From the NCBI GenBank assembly GCA_963597045.1, contig CAVBOO010000001.1:1-54503 (forward strand): 54,503 bases of DNA. Direction: 5' to 3'. Of this stretch, positions 28,419-36,978 are shown piece after piece (the first letter of the stretch is position 1; every line of letters starts with the position of its first letter). Both the position numbers and the translations under genes were made by a program. Under the pieces are notes generated by a model. It was given only the letters and a program-made list of their open reading frames with translations, was not told where the DNA came from and did not search any database. This DNA comes from a bacterium. Lineage in GTDB: Bacteria > Actinomycetota > Coriobacteriia > Coriobacteriales > Eggerthellaceae.

Positions 28419-29699
28419 ATGACGATTCGTGTTGGTTTGTGCGGAACCGGAACCGTTGGTACCGGCTGCATCGACATCATCCAAAAGCATCACGATGATT
28501 TTCTGTCTCGTTACGGCATCGATCTGCAGCTGACGCGCATCTGCTCGCGTAGCTCCGATGTGGCTGAGGCGCACGGGCTGGGCTCTTTGTTCACCTCCGA
28601 TTATCGCGAGGTGGTTTCCGCCGACGACGTCGATTTGGTCATCGAGCTGTTCGGCGGCACCGGTATTGCCAAGGACGTGATCACCGAGGCTCTGCATAAC
28701 GGCAAGCACGTGGTTACCGCCAATAAGGCCGTTATGGCGTCTTCCGGTGAGGAGATTGCCGCCTTCGCTCATAAGAACAACCTTGAGCTGGGGTTTGGCG
28801 CCTCGGTCGGCGGCGGCATCCCCATCATCGGCCCCTTGAAGCATTCCTTGGGCGCTAACGACATCACTTCGATCATCGGCATCGTCAACGGCACCACCAA
28901 CTACATGCTCACGCGCATGGAGGCAGGCCTTTCTTACGACGAGGCGCTTAAAGAGGCGCAGGACAACGGCTTTGCCGAGGCCGACCCGACCGCCGACGTC
29001 GACGGTTTTGACGCCGCAGCCAAGATCGCGATCCTGGCCGCCATCGGTTTCAATGTGAAGATCACCATCGATCAGGTGCATACCGAGGGTATTCGTCGCT
29101 TGAGCGCGCTCGACCTGTCCACTGCGCACGACATGGGCTATGCCGTGAAGCTTCTGGCCATCACCGAGCGCAGCGGCGAGGGCGTTGTTGCCCGTGTTCA
29201 TCCGGCCATGATTCCTCTTGATCATCAGCTGGCTAGCGTCAACGGCGTGTACAACGCGATCTACGTCACGGGCGACGCGGTGGGCGAGGCCATGTTCTTC
29301 GGTGAAGGCGCCGGTGCCGGCCCTGCCGCCTCCGCGGTGATGGGCGACGTGGTGGATATCGCTCGCCGTCTTGAGAAGGGCGCTCCTGCCCTGGGCGGCT
29401 ACACCGTGCCCGACAACTGCCCTGTTGTGGATATCTCCACTTTGGAAATGAAGTACTACCTGCGCTTCCGCGTGGCTGACCGTCCCGGTGTTCTGGCCAA
29501 GATGGCAACGGTGTTCTCGGAGTACGGGGTTTCGCTGCAGTCCGTCCAGCAGATGGGCAACAAGCAGCGTGACGATGTGAACCTGGTGTTCATCACCCAC
29601 TCCGCCAACGAGGGCAAGATCAACGATGCGATCGACGAGATCCTGAGCCTCGACATCGTTACCGGCGGTGCGCCTTCCGTCATCCGTGTCGTGGACTAA
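28419..29699 (+). CDS. hom: Homoserine dehydrogenase with C-terminal ACT domain
   Basis: GTGTVG, VVTANKA, NGTTNY, AEADPTADVDG and DRPGVLA (ACT). Confidence 0.95.
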   Translation: MTIRVGLCGTGTVGTGCIDIIQKHHDDFLSRYGIDLQLTRICSRSSDVAEAHGLGSLFTSDYREVVSADDVDLVIELFGGTGIAKDVITEALHNGKHVVTANKAVMASSGEEIAAFAHKNNLELGFGASVGGGIPIIGPLKHSLGANDITSIIGIVNGTTNYMLTRMEAGLSYDEALKEAQDNGFAEADPTADVDGFDAAAKIAILAAIGFNVKITIDQVHTEGIRRLSALDLSTAHDMGYAVKLLAITERSGEGVVARVHPAMIPLDHQLASVNGVYNAIYVTGDAVGEAMFFGEGAGAGPAASAVMGDVVDIARRLEKGAPALGGYTVPDNCPVVDISTLEMKYYLRFRVADRPGVLAKMATVFSEYGVSLQSVQQMGNKQRDDVNLVFITHSANEGKINDAIDEILSLDIVTGGAPSVIRVVD

Positions 29700-29721
29700 A
29701 CGCGCTTAGCTTAACGAAGCC

Positions 29722-29756
29722 AAAAGGCGCAGCTCGTGTTTGAGCTGCGCCTTTTT
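29722..29756. terminator. Bidirectional intrinsic terminator (hom / metA-like)
   Basis: aaaaggcgcagctc-gtgttt-gagctgcgccttttt. Confidence 0.85.
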
Positions 29757-29864
29757 CATGCTTTCATCGAGCGCGGGATATGTCAGGTTGCCTTGTTGTA
29801 GAGGCGCGATCTTTGAGCGGAGTATCGAAGCCTCCCCGCTGCAAATTCTGCTTTTCGTCGTTGC

Positions 29865-30866
29865 TTAGAACAAAAAGCGGCCAGTGCCTTTGTTGGGAAA
29901 GCCCATGGTCAAAGAGTCGATGTCGTAGGGCGTTGCCTGGTAGACGTAGTAGTTCAGCCAGTTGGTGTAGATGAGCTGGGCATCGCTGCGCCAAACCGCG
30001 CAGGGCTTTGCCGTGGGGTCATCGCCCGGGAAGTAGTTCTTCGGCATCAAGGCTTTGTTGCCCGCCTCAAGGTCGCGCTGATATTGAAGAGCGAGCGTGT
30101 CGGCTTCGTACTCGGGGTGGCCGAACACGAAGAAGTGGCGGCTGTCGGTGCTCTTTGCAATATAGACGTCGTCGTTTGCGCCGCTGGCACCTGCCAAGCC
30201 CTTGAAGTTGGTAAGGTCGTCCCAGCCGCCGACGATGATGGGCTCAAGCTCGGGATGCGCCTCGATGTCGGCCGCGCTGATGTAAGCGGCTTGCGCGCGC
30301 GGTGCCCAAACCAAGTCGTTCACGCCGCGCACCAGCGGGCTTGAATGCTTGACCACCTGATGAGGGAAGATGCCCAGCTTCTTTTCGGGCAGCTGGTGGT
30401 TTTGTATGCCGTAGTGATGGTAAATGCCGGCCTGCGCGCTCCAACTGATGTAGAAGGTGCTGAACACGTGCTCTTTGGCCCAGTCGAAGATCTCGCAAAG
30501 CTCGGGCCAGAAGCTTACTTCCTCGAAGCTCTGCGTTTTGACGGGCGAGCCGGTCACGATCATGCCGTCGTAGTGCTTGTTGCGAATCTCGTCGAGCGTG
30601 ACGTAGAAGTCGCGCATGTGTTCCATCTGATTATCGAAGGAGTTGCTGTCGGTGCGCAAAAACTCGATGTCGACCTGCAAAGGCGAGTTGGAAAGCTTGC
30701 GCAGGATAAGCGTCTCGGTTTCGATTTTGGTGGGCATCAGGTTCAGGATAAGCACGCGCAAAGGACGAATGTCCTGATGAATGGCGCGGTATTCCGTCAT
30801 AACGAAAATATTTTCGCTTTCAAGCACGCCGGTTGCCGGCAAAGTATCGGGAATCCTGATGGGCAT
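29865..30866 (-). CDS. metA: MetA-family homoserine O-acyltransferase homologue with an atypical active site
   Basis: MPIRIP, QDIRPL, LNLMPTK, GHPEY and NWLNYYVYQ are present. The ICW nucleophile motif reads ISW. Confidence 0.85.
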   Translation of the reverse strand: MPIRIPDTLPATGVLESENIFVMTEYRAIHQDIRPLRVLILNLMPTKIETETLILRKLSNSPLQVDIEFLRTDSNSFDNQMEHMRDFYVTLDEIRNKHYDGMIVTGSPVKTQSFEEVSFWPELCEIFDWAKEHVFSTFYISWSAQAGIYHHYGIQNHQLPEKKLGIFPHQVVKHSSPLVRGVNDLVWAPRAQAAYISAADIEAHPELEPIIVGGWDDLTNFKGLAGASGANDDVYIAKSTDSRHFFVFGHPEYEADTLALQYQRDLEAGNKALMPKNYFPGDDPTAKPCAVWRSDAQLIYTNWLNYYVYQATPYDIDSLTMGFPNKGTGRFLF

Positions 30867-30964
30867 GATGCTTCCTTAGATGAATCTGTGTCAATAAAGG
30901 ATAACGTAATATAAGCTTGAGTTGTTGGGCGGCTTCGACCGTGCGCGTATCGGAAGGTTGCATC

Positions 30965-31450
30965 GTGGCTAAAAAGCAAGAGAAGAAGACCAACGCCGTG
31001 CGCGAGATCGAACGGACGGGCATGCCCTACGAGTTCCATTCCTTCGAAGGCGCCGAGGGCAAGTCGGGGGTCGAGATCGCGCAGATGCGCGGCGAGGATC
31101 CCGACATGGTGTTCAAGACCTTGGTGACGGTGGGGCACTCCGGCGAGCACTATGTGTTCATGATCCCCGTGGCCGAGGAACTTGATCTGAAGAAGGCCGC
31201 CGCCTTCGTCGGCGAGAAATCGGTGCATATGATCAAGTCGAAGGAGCTTTTGCCTTTGACGGGCTATGTGCACGGGGGCTGTTCTCCTTTGGGCATGAAG
31301 AAGCAGTTCGTCACCACCATCGACGAATCCGCCGAGCTCTACGACGAGATCATGTTCAGCGCCGGGCGCGTGGGCGCGCAAATCCAGACCACGCTCGAGG
31401 CGCTTCAGGCGGCGATCCCCGTGGGCGTGGCCGACCTGACGGCACGCTAG
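30965..31450 (+). CDS. ybaK: Cys-tRNA(Pro) deacylase YbaK/EbsC
   Basis: KTNAVR, VFKTLV, TGYVHGGCSP and SAGRVG. Confidence 0.93.
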   Translation: MAKKQEKKTNAVREIERTGMPYEFHSFEGAEGKSGVEIAQMRGEDPDMVFKTLVTVGHSGEHYVFMIPVAEELDLKKAAAFVGEKSVHMIKSKELLPLTGYVHGGCSPLGMKKQFVTTIDESAELYDEIMFSAGRVGAQIQTTLEALQAAIPVGVADLTAR

Positions 31451-31468
31451 GCTTGATGAAAGGCTTAC

Positions 31469-32962
31469 ATGACTGAAGAATTGATATCGCTTGCCGTCAT
31501 CGTGCTTGTTGCGGCGGCATGCCCGATCATTGCGCACTCCATCCCGAAAAAGCCCATCCCCGAGACGGTGTTCTTGCTCATCGCAGGCGCGCTTTTGGGA
31601 CCCAACATGGCGGGCGTGATCGATCTTTCCGATTCCATCAAATTGCTCTCCGAACTGGGCTTGGCCTTTTTGTTCCTTTTGGCCGGCTTTGAGATAGACC
31701 CCAAGAACATCACGGGTCATCAAGGGAAGCGCGGCTTTGTCACCTGGCTGGTGTGCCTTGCCCTGGGCTTTGCCGCGGTTGCCGGGGTCTCGCAGGTGAC
31801 GCCTTATTTCTCGCTCAACGATTTGGGCGGGGTGGCTGTGGCCATCGCTCTGGGAACCACGGCTTTGGGCACTCTGATGCCCATCCTGAAAGAGCGAAAC
31901 CTCATCGACACGCGCGTGGGCGATTCCGTTCTTGCCTATGGCACCTGGGGCGAGCTCGGGCCTGTTATCGCCATGGCGCTTCTGCTTTCCTCGCGCGCGG
32001 AGTGGAAAACCATCGTGGTGCTTTTGGCCTTTGCCGCCGTGGCGGTTTTGGCTGCGGTCATCCCTGCGCAAGCGCGTAAAACTGGCAGCCGGATCCATCG
32101 CTTCCTCGCGGAAAACGCCAACACCACTTCGCAGACGACCATGCGCGTCACGGTTCTGTTGCTTGTTGCTTTGGTGGCGCTTTCGGCAGTGTTCGATTTG
32201 GATGCGGTGCTGGGCGCCTTCGCGGCAGGCTTCGTTTTGCGCTACATCATCCCTTCGGGCAACCACGACCTCGAGCACAAACTCGATGGCGTTGCCTTCG
32301 GCTTCTTCATCCCGGTGTTCTTCGTGGTGTCCGGTGCGAAGATCGACCTGATGGCGGTGTTCGATCAGCCCCTGCTTTTGGCGGGCTTCATCATCGCCTT
32401 GCTCATCATCCGCGCGGTCCCCATTTACGTTTCGCTTTCCACCGACAGTGAAACCAAGACGATGTCTTCCCACAACCGCGTGAGCGTTGCCCTGTATTGC
32501 ACCACCGCGCTGCCTTTGATCGTGGCGGTTACCTCGGTGGCCACGAAGGCGGGCGCGATGTCGTCCGAGACGGCCTCGGTTTTGGTGGCGGCGGGCGCCA
32601 TCACGGTGCTGGTCAGGCCTCTTCTGGCTCAGCTTACCTATCGCGTTGCCGACGTTCACCCGGTAGAGACCGCCAAAGAGGTGGCCCAGGATCCGCGCCA
32701 TATCACCGACATTGTGGGCGACCATATCGCTTTCGCCGAGCTGGCGAACGAGGATTTAAGCGAGCAGAGCCAGCGTGGCAAGCGCAAGATCGACAAGGCC
32801 AAGGCTCGCTTGGAAAAGCAGCATAAGCGCCACGACCTGATAGAGCAGGCCAAGCTGGAGCGGCGCCAGCGGCGCGTCGAGCTGCATCGCGAAATTCGGC
32901 AGGAGCGCGAGCAAAAGCGCCAAGATCTGGTGCGTCAGCTTAAGGAAATAGACGAAGATTAG
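31469..32962 (+). CDS. Cation:proton antiporter (CPA2 family) with a charged C-terminal tail
   Basis: About 12 TM helices, LLFLLAGFEID-type motif, LGAFAAG, FFIPVFF. Confidence 0.88.
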   Translation: MTEELISLAVIVLVAAACPIIAHSIPKKPIPETVFLLIAGALLGPNMAGVIDLSDSIKLLSELGLAFLFLLAGFEIDPKNITGHQGKRGFVTWLVCLALGFAAVAGVSQVTPYFSLNDLGGVAVAIALGTTALGTLMPILKERNLIDTRVGDSVLAYGTWGELGPVIAMALLLSSRAEWKTIVVLLAFAAVAVLAAVIPAQARKTGSRIHRFLAENANTTSQTTMRVTVLLLVALVALSAVFDLDAVLGAFAAGFVLRYIIPSGNHDLEHKLDGVAFGFFIPVFFVVSGAKIDLMAVFDQPLLLAGFIIALLIIRAVPIYVSLSTDSETKTMSSHNRVSVALYCTTALPLIVAVTSVATKAGAMSSETASVLVAAGAITVLVRPLLAQLTYRVADVHPVETAKEVAQDPRHITDIVGDHIAFAELANEDLSEQSQRGKRKIDKAKARLEKQHKRHDLIEQAKLERRQRRVELHREIRQEREQKRQDLVRQLKEIDED

Positions 32963-33005
32963 TAGCGTAGTAGCTCGAACAAACGGATAAAGAAAAACAA
33001 TTATC

Positions 33006-33045
33006 TATGGCTGACCAGGTGATTTTTGGTCAGCCATAATTTTTT
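33006..33045 (+). terminator. Intrinsic terminator after the antiporter
   Basis: tatggctgacca...tggtcagccata then atttttt. Confidence 0.7.
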
Positions 33046-33056
33046 GAAAATTCTTA

Positions 33057-33086
33057 TTGCTAAAAACCTAGGGGAATAGTAGGCTT
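33057..33086 (+). promoter_or_regulatory. cysK promoter with an overlapping inverted repeat (candidate Rrf2 operator)
   Basis: TTGCTA-17 nt-TAGGCT, with AAACCTA-N9-TAGGCTT at 33064-33086. Confidence 0.5.
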
Positions 33087-33202
33087 TAGCCCAACGACAG
33101 AGGGGCTGAGTGTAAATCCCGCCCCGCACAACACCCACGTACCAGCGCGGGACTCAGCCAAACGATCGGGCGTGCATGGCTCCGATCAAGAAAGGAAGCG
33201 AA

Positions 33203-34132
33203 ATGGCTATCAAGAAGAACGTTGCAGAACTCATCGGCGGCACCCCACTGCTCGAGCTTTCCAACTTCGAGAAGAACAACGACCTCAAGGCGACCATCCT
33301 TGCCAAGGTCGAGCGCACCAACCCCGCCGGCTCCGTTAAGGACCGCATCGCCAAGGCTATGCTCGACGAGGCCGAGGCCAAGGGCGCACTCAACGCCGAC
33401 ACCGTCATCATCGAGCCCACCTCCGGCAACACCGGCGTTGGCCTGGCTGCCTTGGCTGCCGCACGCGGCAACCGCATCATCATCACCATGCCCGAGACCA
33501 TGTCTGTCGAGCGCCGCAACCTTATGAAGGCCTACGGTGCCGAGCTTGTTCTGACCGACGGTGCAAAGGGCATGAAGGGTGCTATCGCCAAGGCCGACGA
33601 GCTTGCCGCCGAGATCCCCAACTCCCTTATTCCCTCCCAGTTCACCAACCCCGCCAACCCCGCAATCCACGAGGCAACCACCGGCCCCGAGATCTGGGCT
33701 GACGCCGAGGGCAAGGTCGATGCGCTGGTCGCAGGCGTCGGCACCGGCGGCACCATCACCGGCGTTGGCCGTTATCTGAAGTCTCAGAACCCCGACGTCA
33801 AGATCTTCGCAGTCGAGCCTGCAGGTTCCCCCGTTCTTTCCGAGGGCCACGGCGGCTCCCACAAGATTCAGGGCATCGGCGCCGGCTTCGTGCCCGACAC
33901 CCTGGACACCTCCATCTATGACGAGGTCCTTCCCATCGAGGATGAGGAAGCCTTCGCAACCGGCCGCGAGCTTGCCGGCAAGGAAGGCCTGCTGGTAGGT
34001 ATTTCCTCCGGTGCCGCCGTTGCCGCTGCGAAGAAGATCGCCGAGCGCCCCGAGTTCGCCGGCAAGAACATCGTCGTCATCCTCCCCGATACCGGCGAGC
34101 GTTACCTCTCCACCGCTATGTTCAACTTCTAG
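33203..34132 (+). CDS. cysK: Cysteine synthase A
   Basis: NPAGSVKDRIA (PLP Lys), EPTSGNTG, GVGTGGT, HKIQGIGAG and PDTGERYLST. Confidence 0.97.
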   Translation: MAIKKNVAELIGGTPLLELSNFEKNNDLKATILAKVERTNPAGSVKDRIAKAMLDEAEAKGALNADTVIIEPTSGNTGVGLAALAAARGNRIIITMPETMSVERRNLMKAYGAELVLTDGAKGMKGAIAKADELAAEIPNSLIPSQFTNPANPAIHEATTGPEIWADAEGKVDALVAGVGTGGTITGVGRYLKSQNPDVKIFAVEPAGSPVLSEGHGGSHKIQGIGAGFVPDTLDTSIYDEVLPIEDEEAFATGRELAGKEGLLVGISSGAAVAAAKKIAERPEFAGKNIVVILPDTGERYLSTAMFNF

Positions 34133-34314
34133 TCCTCTCTTCGCTTCGTGGAGGCCGGCCGGGTTCATGCTCGGTCGGCCTTCGCATTTTGTGTGCAAAG
34201 CGCATGCCTGCCTGGTGATATGCGTAAAGTGCAGTATCCTGTTTCTTCAAACGACGAACAAATCGAAGGCTTCGATGCCTGCATGGCGGCTGCCCTTCGA
34301 TGAATCGAGGGCTT

Positions 34315-35655
34315 ATGGATTACAAGGCTCAGAACCGCCAAGCGGTGATCGACTACATCCTCACGGGCGCGCACGAGGTGTGCGACAAGCTCGGTGTCGA
34401 GGTTGAGCATTTCGTGATAACCGACGACGGTGAGGATGTGACCTATCGCGGTCGCGATGGCCAGCCGGGCGTTGCCGATATCCTGGAGCATTTGAGCCAG
34501 TACTACCCGGAGCGTTCCTGCAACGACGAGGGCGACTTGCTTGGCTTGGCATCCGAGGATGGCTCCATCACGCTCGAGCCTGCCGCCCAGGTCGAGATAA
34601 GCATCGCGCCCTTCGCCAAGGTGGAAGATGTTCTTGCCGCATATCAGCGCTTTCGCGATCGCATCGACCCGTTCCTTGCCGAGCATCATATGAAGCTTGT
34701 CCACGGTGGCTATCACCCCACTAAGAAGGCCTTCGATCTGACACTCATCCCTAAGCGCCGCTACGCCTTCATGGACGAATACTTCACCGCAATCGGCACG
34801 GTGGGCCATCGCATGATGCGCGCCAGCGCTTCAACCCAGGTGTCCGTCGATTTTCACGATGAGGCCGATGCCGTCCGCAAGATGCGTATTGCCAACGCGC
34901 TTGCCCCGATTTTGGCGGTTATCGCCGATGGCACTACGGTCTTCGAGGCCGAGGACATCAAGCGCCCCATCGCCCGCTTCGATCTGTGGCGTCAGGTGGA
35001 TTCCCTGCGTTGCGGCGTTGTGCCGGGGCTCTTCGACGAAGGCTTCGGTGTGGGCAGCTACGTTGATTGGATTCTGGGCACCCGCCCCATCTTCGTCACC
35101 CGCCCCGCCGCCGACGATCCAAGTTCGCCTGCCCTGCGTGCCGACGGCGGCAAGGTGGCCGCCGATCTGTATGCGGACGCGCCCATGAGCAAAGAAGACG
35201 TTGAGCACGTGCTTTCGATGTTCTGGCCCGACGTGCGCCTGAAGCGCTTCGTCGAGATCCGCCCCGCCGACTCGCTGCCCGCCGCCATCATGGCCGGTTA
35301 CACCTCTTTGGTGAAGGGCCTTTTCTACAGCGAGGAAAGCCTGACTGCCATCGAGCGCGCCCTGGACGTGAAAGATGGCGTTTGGAGCATCGGCAAGGCC
35401 GATATCGATGCCGCTGTCGAATCGATATTCGAGGATGGCTTCAAAGCAAACTGCTATGGGTATTCCCTGGTGGCCTGGATCGAGCTTTTGTTCTCCTTGG
35501 CCGCGCACGCACTTGCCGCCGACGAAGCCGGCTATCTTAATGAACTTCATGAGTACGCATTGCATAAGAATTGGGGTAGCATCAAGGACATCGATTCGGA
35601 AGCGGAGCGCACGGCGCTTACGAGCAGGCTCGGCGTCCCGGCATTTGGGAACTAG
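34315..35655 (+). CDS. Glutamate-cysteine ligase family protein (GCS2; GshA/EgtA-like)
   Basis: GVEVEH, ITLEPAAQVEIS, PKRRY, MMRASASTQVSVD and DVRLKRFVEIRPAD. Confidence 0.85.
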   Translation: MDYKAQNRQAVIDYILTGAHEVCDKLGVEVEHFVITDDGEDVTYRGRDGQPGVADILEHLSQYYPERSCNDEGDLLGLASEDGSITLEPAAQVEISIAPFAKVEDVLAAYQRFRDRIDPFLAEHHMKLVHGGYHPTKKAFDLTLIPKRRYAFMDEYFTAIGTVGHRMMRASASTQVSVDFHDEADAVRKMRIANALAPILAVIADGTTVFEAEDIKRPIARFDLWRQVDSLRCGVVPGLFDEGFGVGSYVDWILGTRPIFVTRPAADDPSSPALRADGGKVAADLYADAPMSKEDVEHVLSMFWPDVRLKRFVEIRPADSLPAAIMAGYTSLVKGLFYSEESLTAIERALDVKDGVWSIGKADIDAAVESIFEDGFKANCYGYSLVAWIELLFSLAAHALAADEAGYLNELHEYALHKNWGSIKDIDSEAERTALTSRLGVPAFGN

Positions 35656-35663
35656 GAGGCGAC

Positions 35664-36098
35664 ATGAAGATTTCCACCAAAGGAACCTACGCAGTTCGCC
35701 TGATGATCCTTTTGGCCACTCATGGCGAGGAGCTGGTTTCCCTTAAGGAGATCTCGCGCGTCACGGGTATCTCGAAGAAGTACTTGGAGCAGATTGTGCC
35801 CAGCCTCACCTCGGCGGGGCTCATCCGTTCCGTGCGTGGCGCCCAGGGTGGCTATCGCCTGGCCAATTCCGCAAGCAAGATCACCATCTTGGACATCCTC
35901 AAGGTGACCGAGGGCAGCATCGCCCCGGCATCGTGCCTGCAGGGCGACACCTTCGAGTGCAATTTCGGCACTCCCTGCATGGAGTTTTACGTGTGGAAGG
36001 GTCTGCACGATGTGCAGCAGGAATATCTTTCGAGCATTAGCTTGCAGGACGTGCTCGACCATTCCTCGGCCGCCGCAATCGACAACTACTGCATCTAG
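35664..36098 (+). CDS. Rrf2 family regulator (IscR/CymR-like) with three conserved Cys
   Basis: ISTKGTYA, YLEQI, SVRGAQGGY and CLQGDTFECNFGTPC. Confidence 0.92.
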   Translation: MKISTKGTYAVRLMILLATHGEELVSLKEISRVTGISKKYLEQIVPSLTSAGLIRSVRGAQGGYRLANSASKITILDILKVTEGSIAPASCLQGDTFECNFGTPCMEFYVWKGLHDVQQEYLSSISLQDVLDHSSAAAIDNYCI

Positions 36099-36180
36099 AT
36101 CGCAGCCGAACCCATTTCCAGCTTCCGCATTTGGAAAGCGCTGCACGTTTATCGCAAATTGAATAGATAAGGGAGCCTTC

Positions 36181-36972
36181 ATGGACAAACTCTCTCAGCT
36201 CAAAAGCATCCTTCGCGGCTACGGCAAGGTTGCCGTGGCCTATTCCGGAGGCGTTGATTCCACGTTTCTGCTTAAGGTCGCCCACGATGAATTGGGGGGC
36301 AACGCTATTGCCATCACTTCGCGTTCGCTTCTTAACCTTGAGTCGGATTTCCTTGCCTCCGAGAAGTGGGCAAAGGAAGAGGGGATCTCGCAGTTGGTGG
36401 TGCGCGCCAACGAGCTCGAGTTCCCCGGGTTTGCGCAAAACCCGCCCGATCGTTGCTACATTTGCAAGAAAGCCCTGTTCGCCGAGGTGAAGCACGTTGC
36501 CGCAAACGCCCTGCCCGGCAGTGTGGTGGTGGACGGCTCCAACCTTGACGACCTGTCCGACTATCGTCCCGGGACCAAGGCGCTCAAGGAGCTCGAGGTG
36601 AAAAGCCCCTTGCTCGAGGCAGGTTTGACCAAAGAGGAAATTCGCGCTTATTCGCACGAGCTGGGACTCCCTACCTGGGACAAGCCGAGCGCTGCTTGCC
36701 TGGCGAGCCGTTTTCCCTACGGCGACACCATCACAGCGGAAGGCCTTGAGCGCGTGGCCAAGGCCGAAGAGATTTTGCATGCTGCGGGCTTCGGCTACGT
36801 GCGTGTGCGCGTGCATGGCGAGATCGCTCGTATCGAGGTGCCGCCGACACAGATTCTCGAGCTTGCGCGCCAGCGCGAGGAAGTGGTGCCGAAGCTTAAG
36901 GCGCTTGGTTTTGCCTATGTGGCGCTTGACCTGGAGGGATATCGCACAGGTAGCTTGAACGAGCTTCTTTAG
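36181..36972 (+). CDS. larE: LarE-family ATP-dependent sulfur transferase (PP-loop)
   Basis: AYSGGVDS, RCYICK, DDLSDYRPG, ACLASRFPYG and GYRTGSLN. Confidence 0.9.
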   Translation: MDKLSQLKSILRGYGKVAVAYSGGVDSTFLLKVAHDELGGNAIAITSRSLLNLESDFLASEKWAKEEGISQLVVRANELEFPGFAQNPPDRCYICKKALFAEVKHVAANALPGSVVVDGSNLDDLSDYRPGTKALKELEVKSPLLEAGLTKEEIRAYSHELGLPTWDKPSAACLASRFPYGDTITAEGLERVAKAEEILHAAGFGYVRVRVHGEIARIEVPPTQILELARQREEVVPKLKALGFAYVALDLEGYRTGSLNELL

Positions 36973-36978
36973 GGAAGG

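Noticed and set aside
30797..32725. 642-aa minus-strand ORF
   Set aside because: It is the antisense shadow of ybaK and the antiporter. Such long stop-free reverse frames are expected from high GC3, and it has no recognisable motifs.
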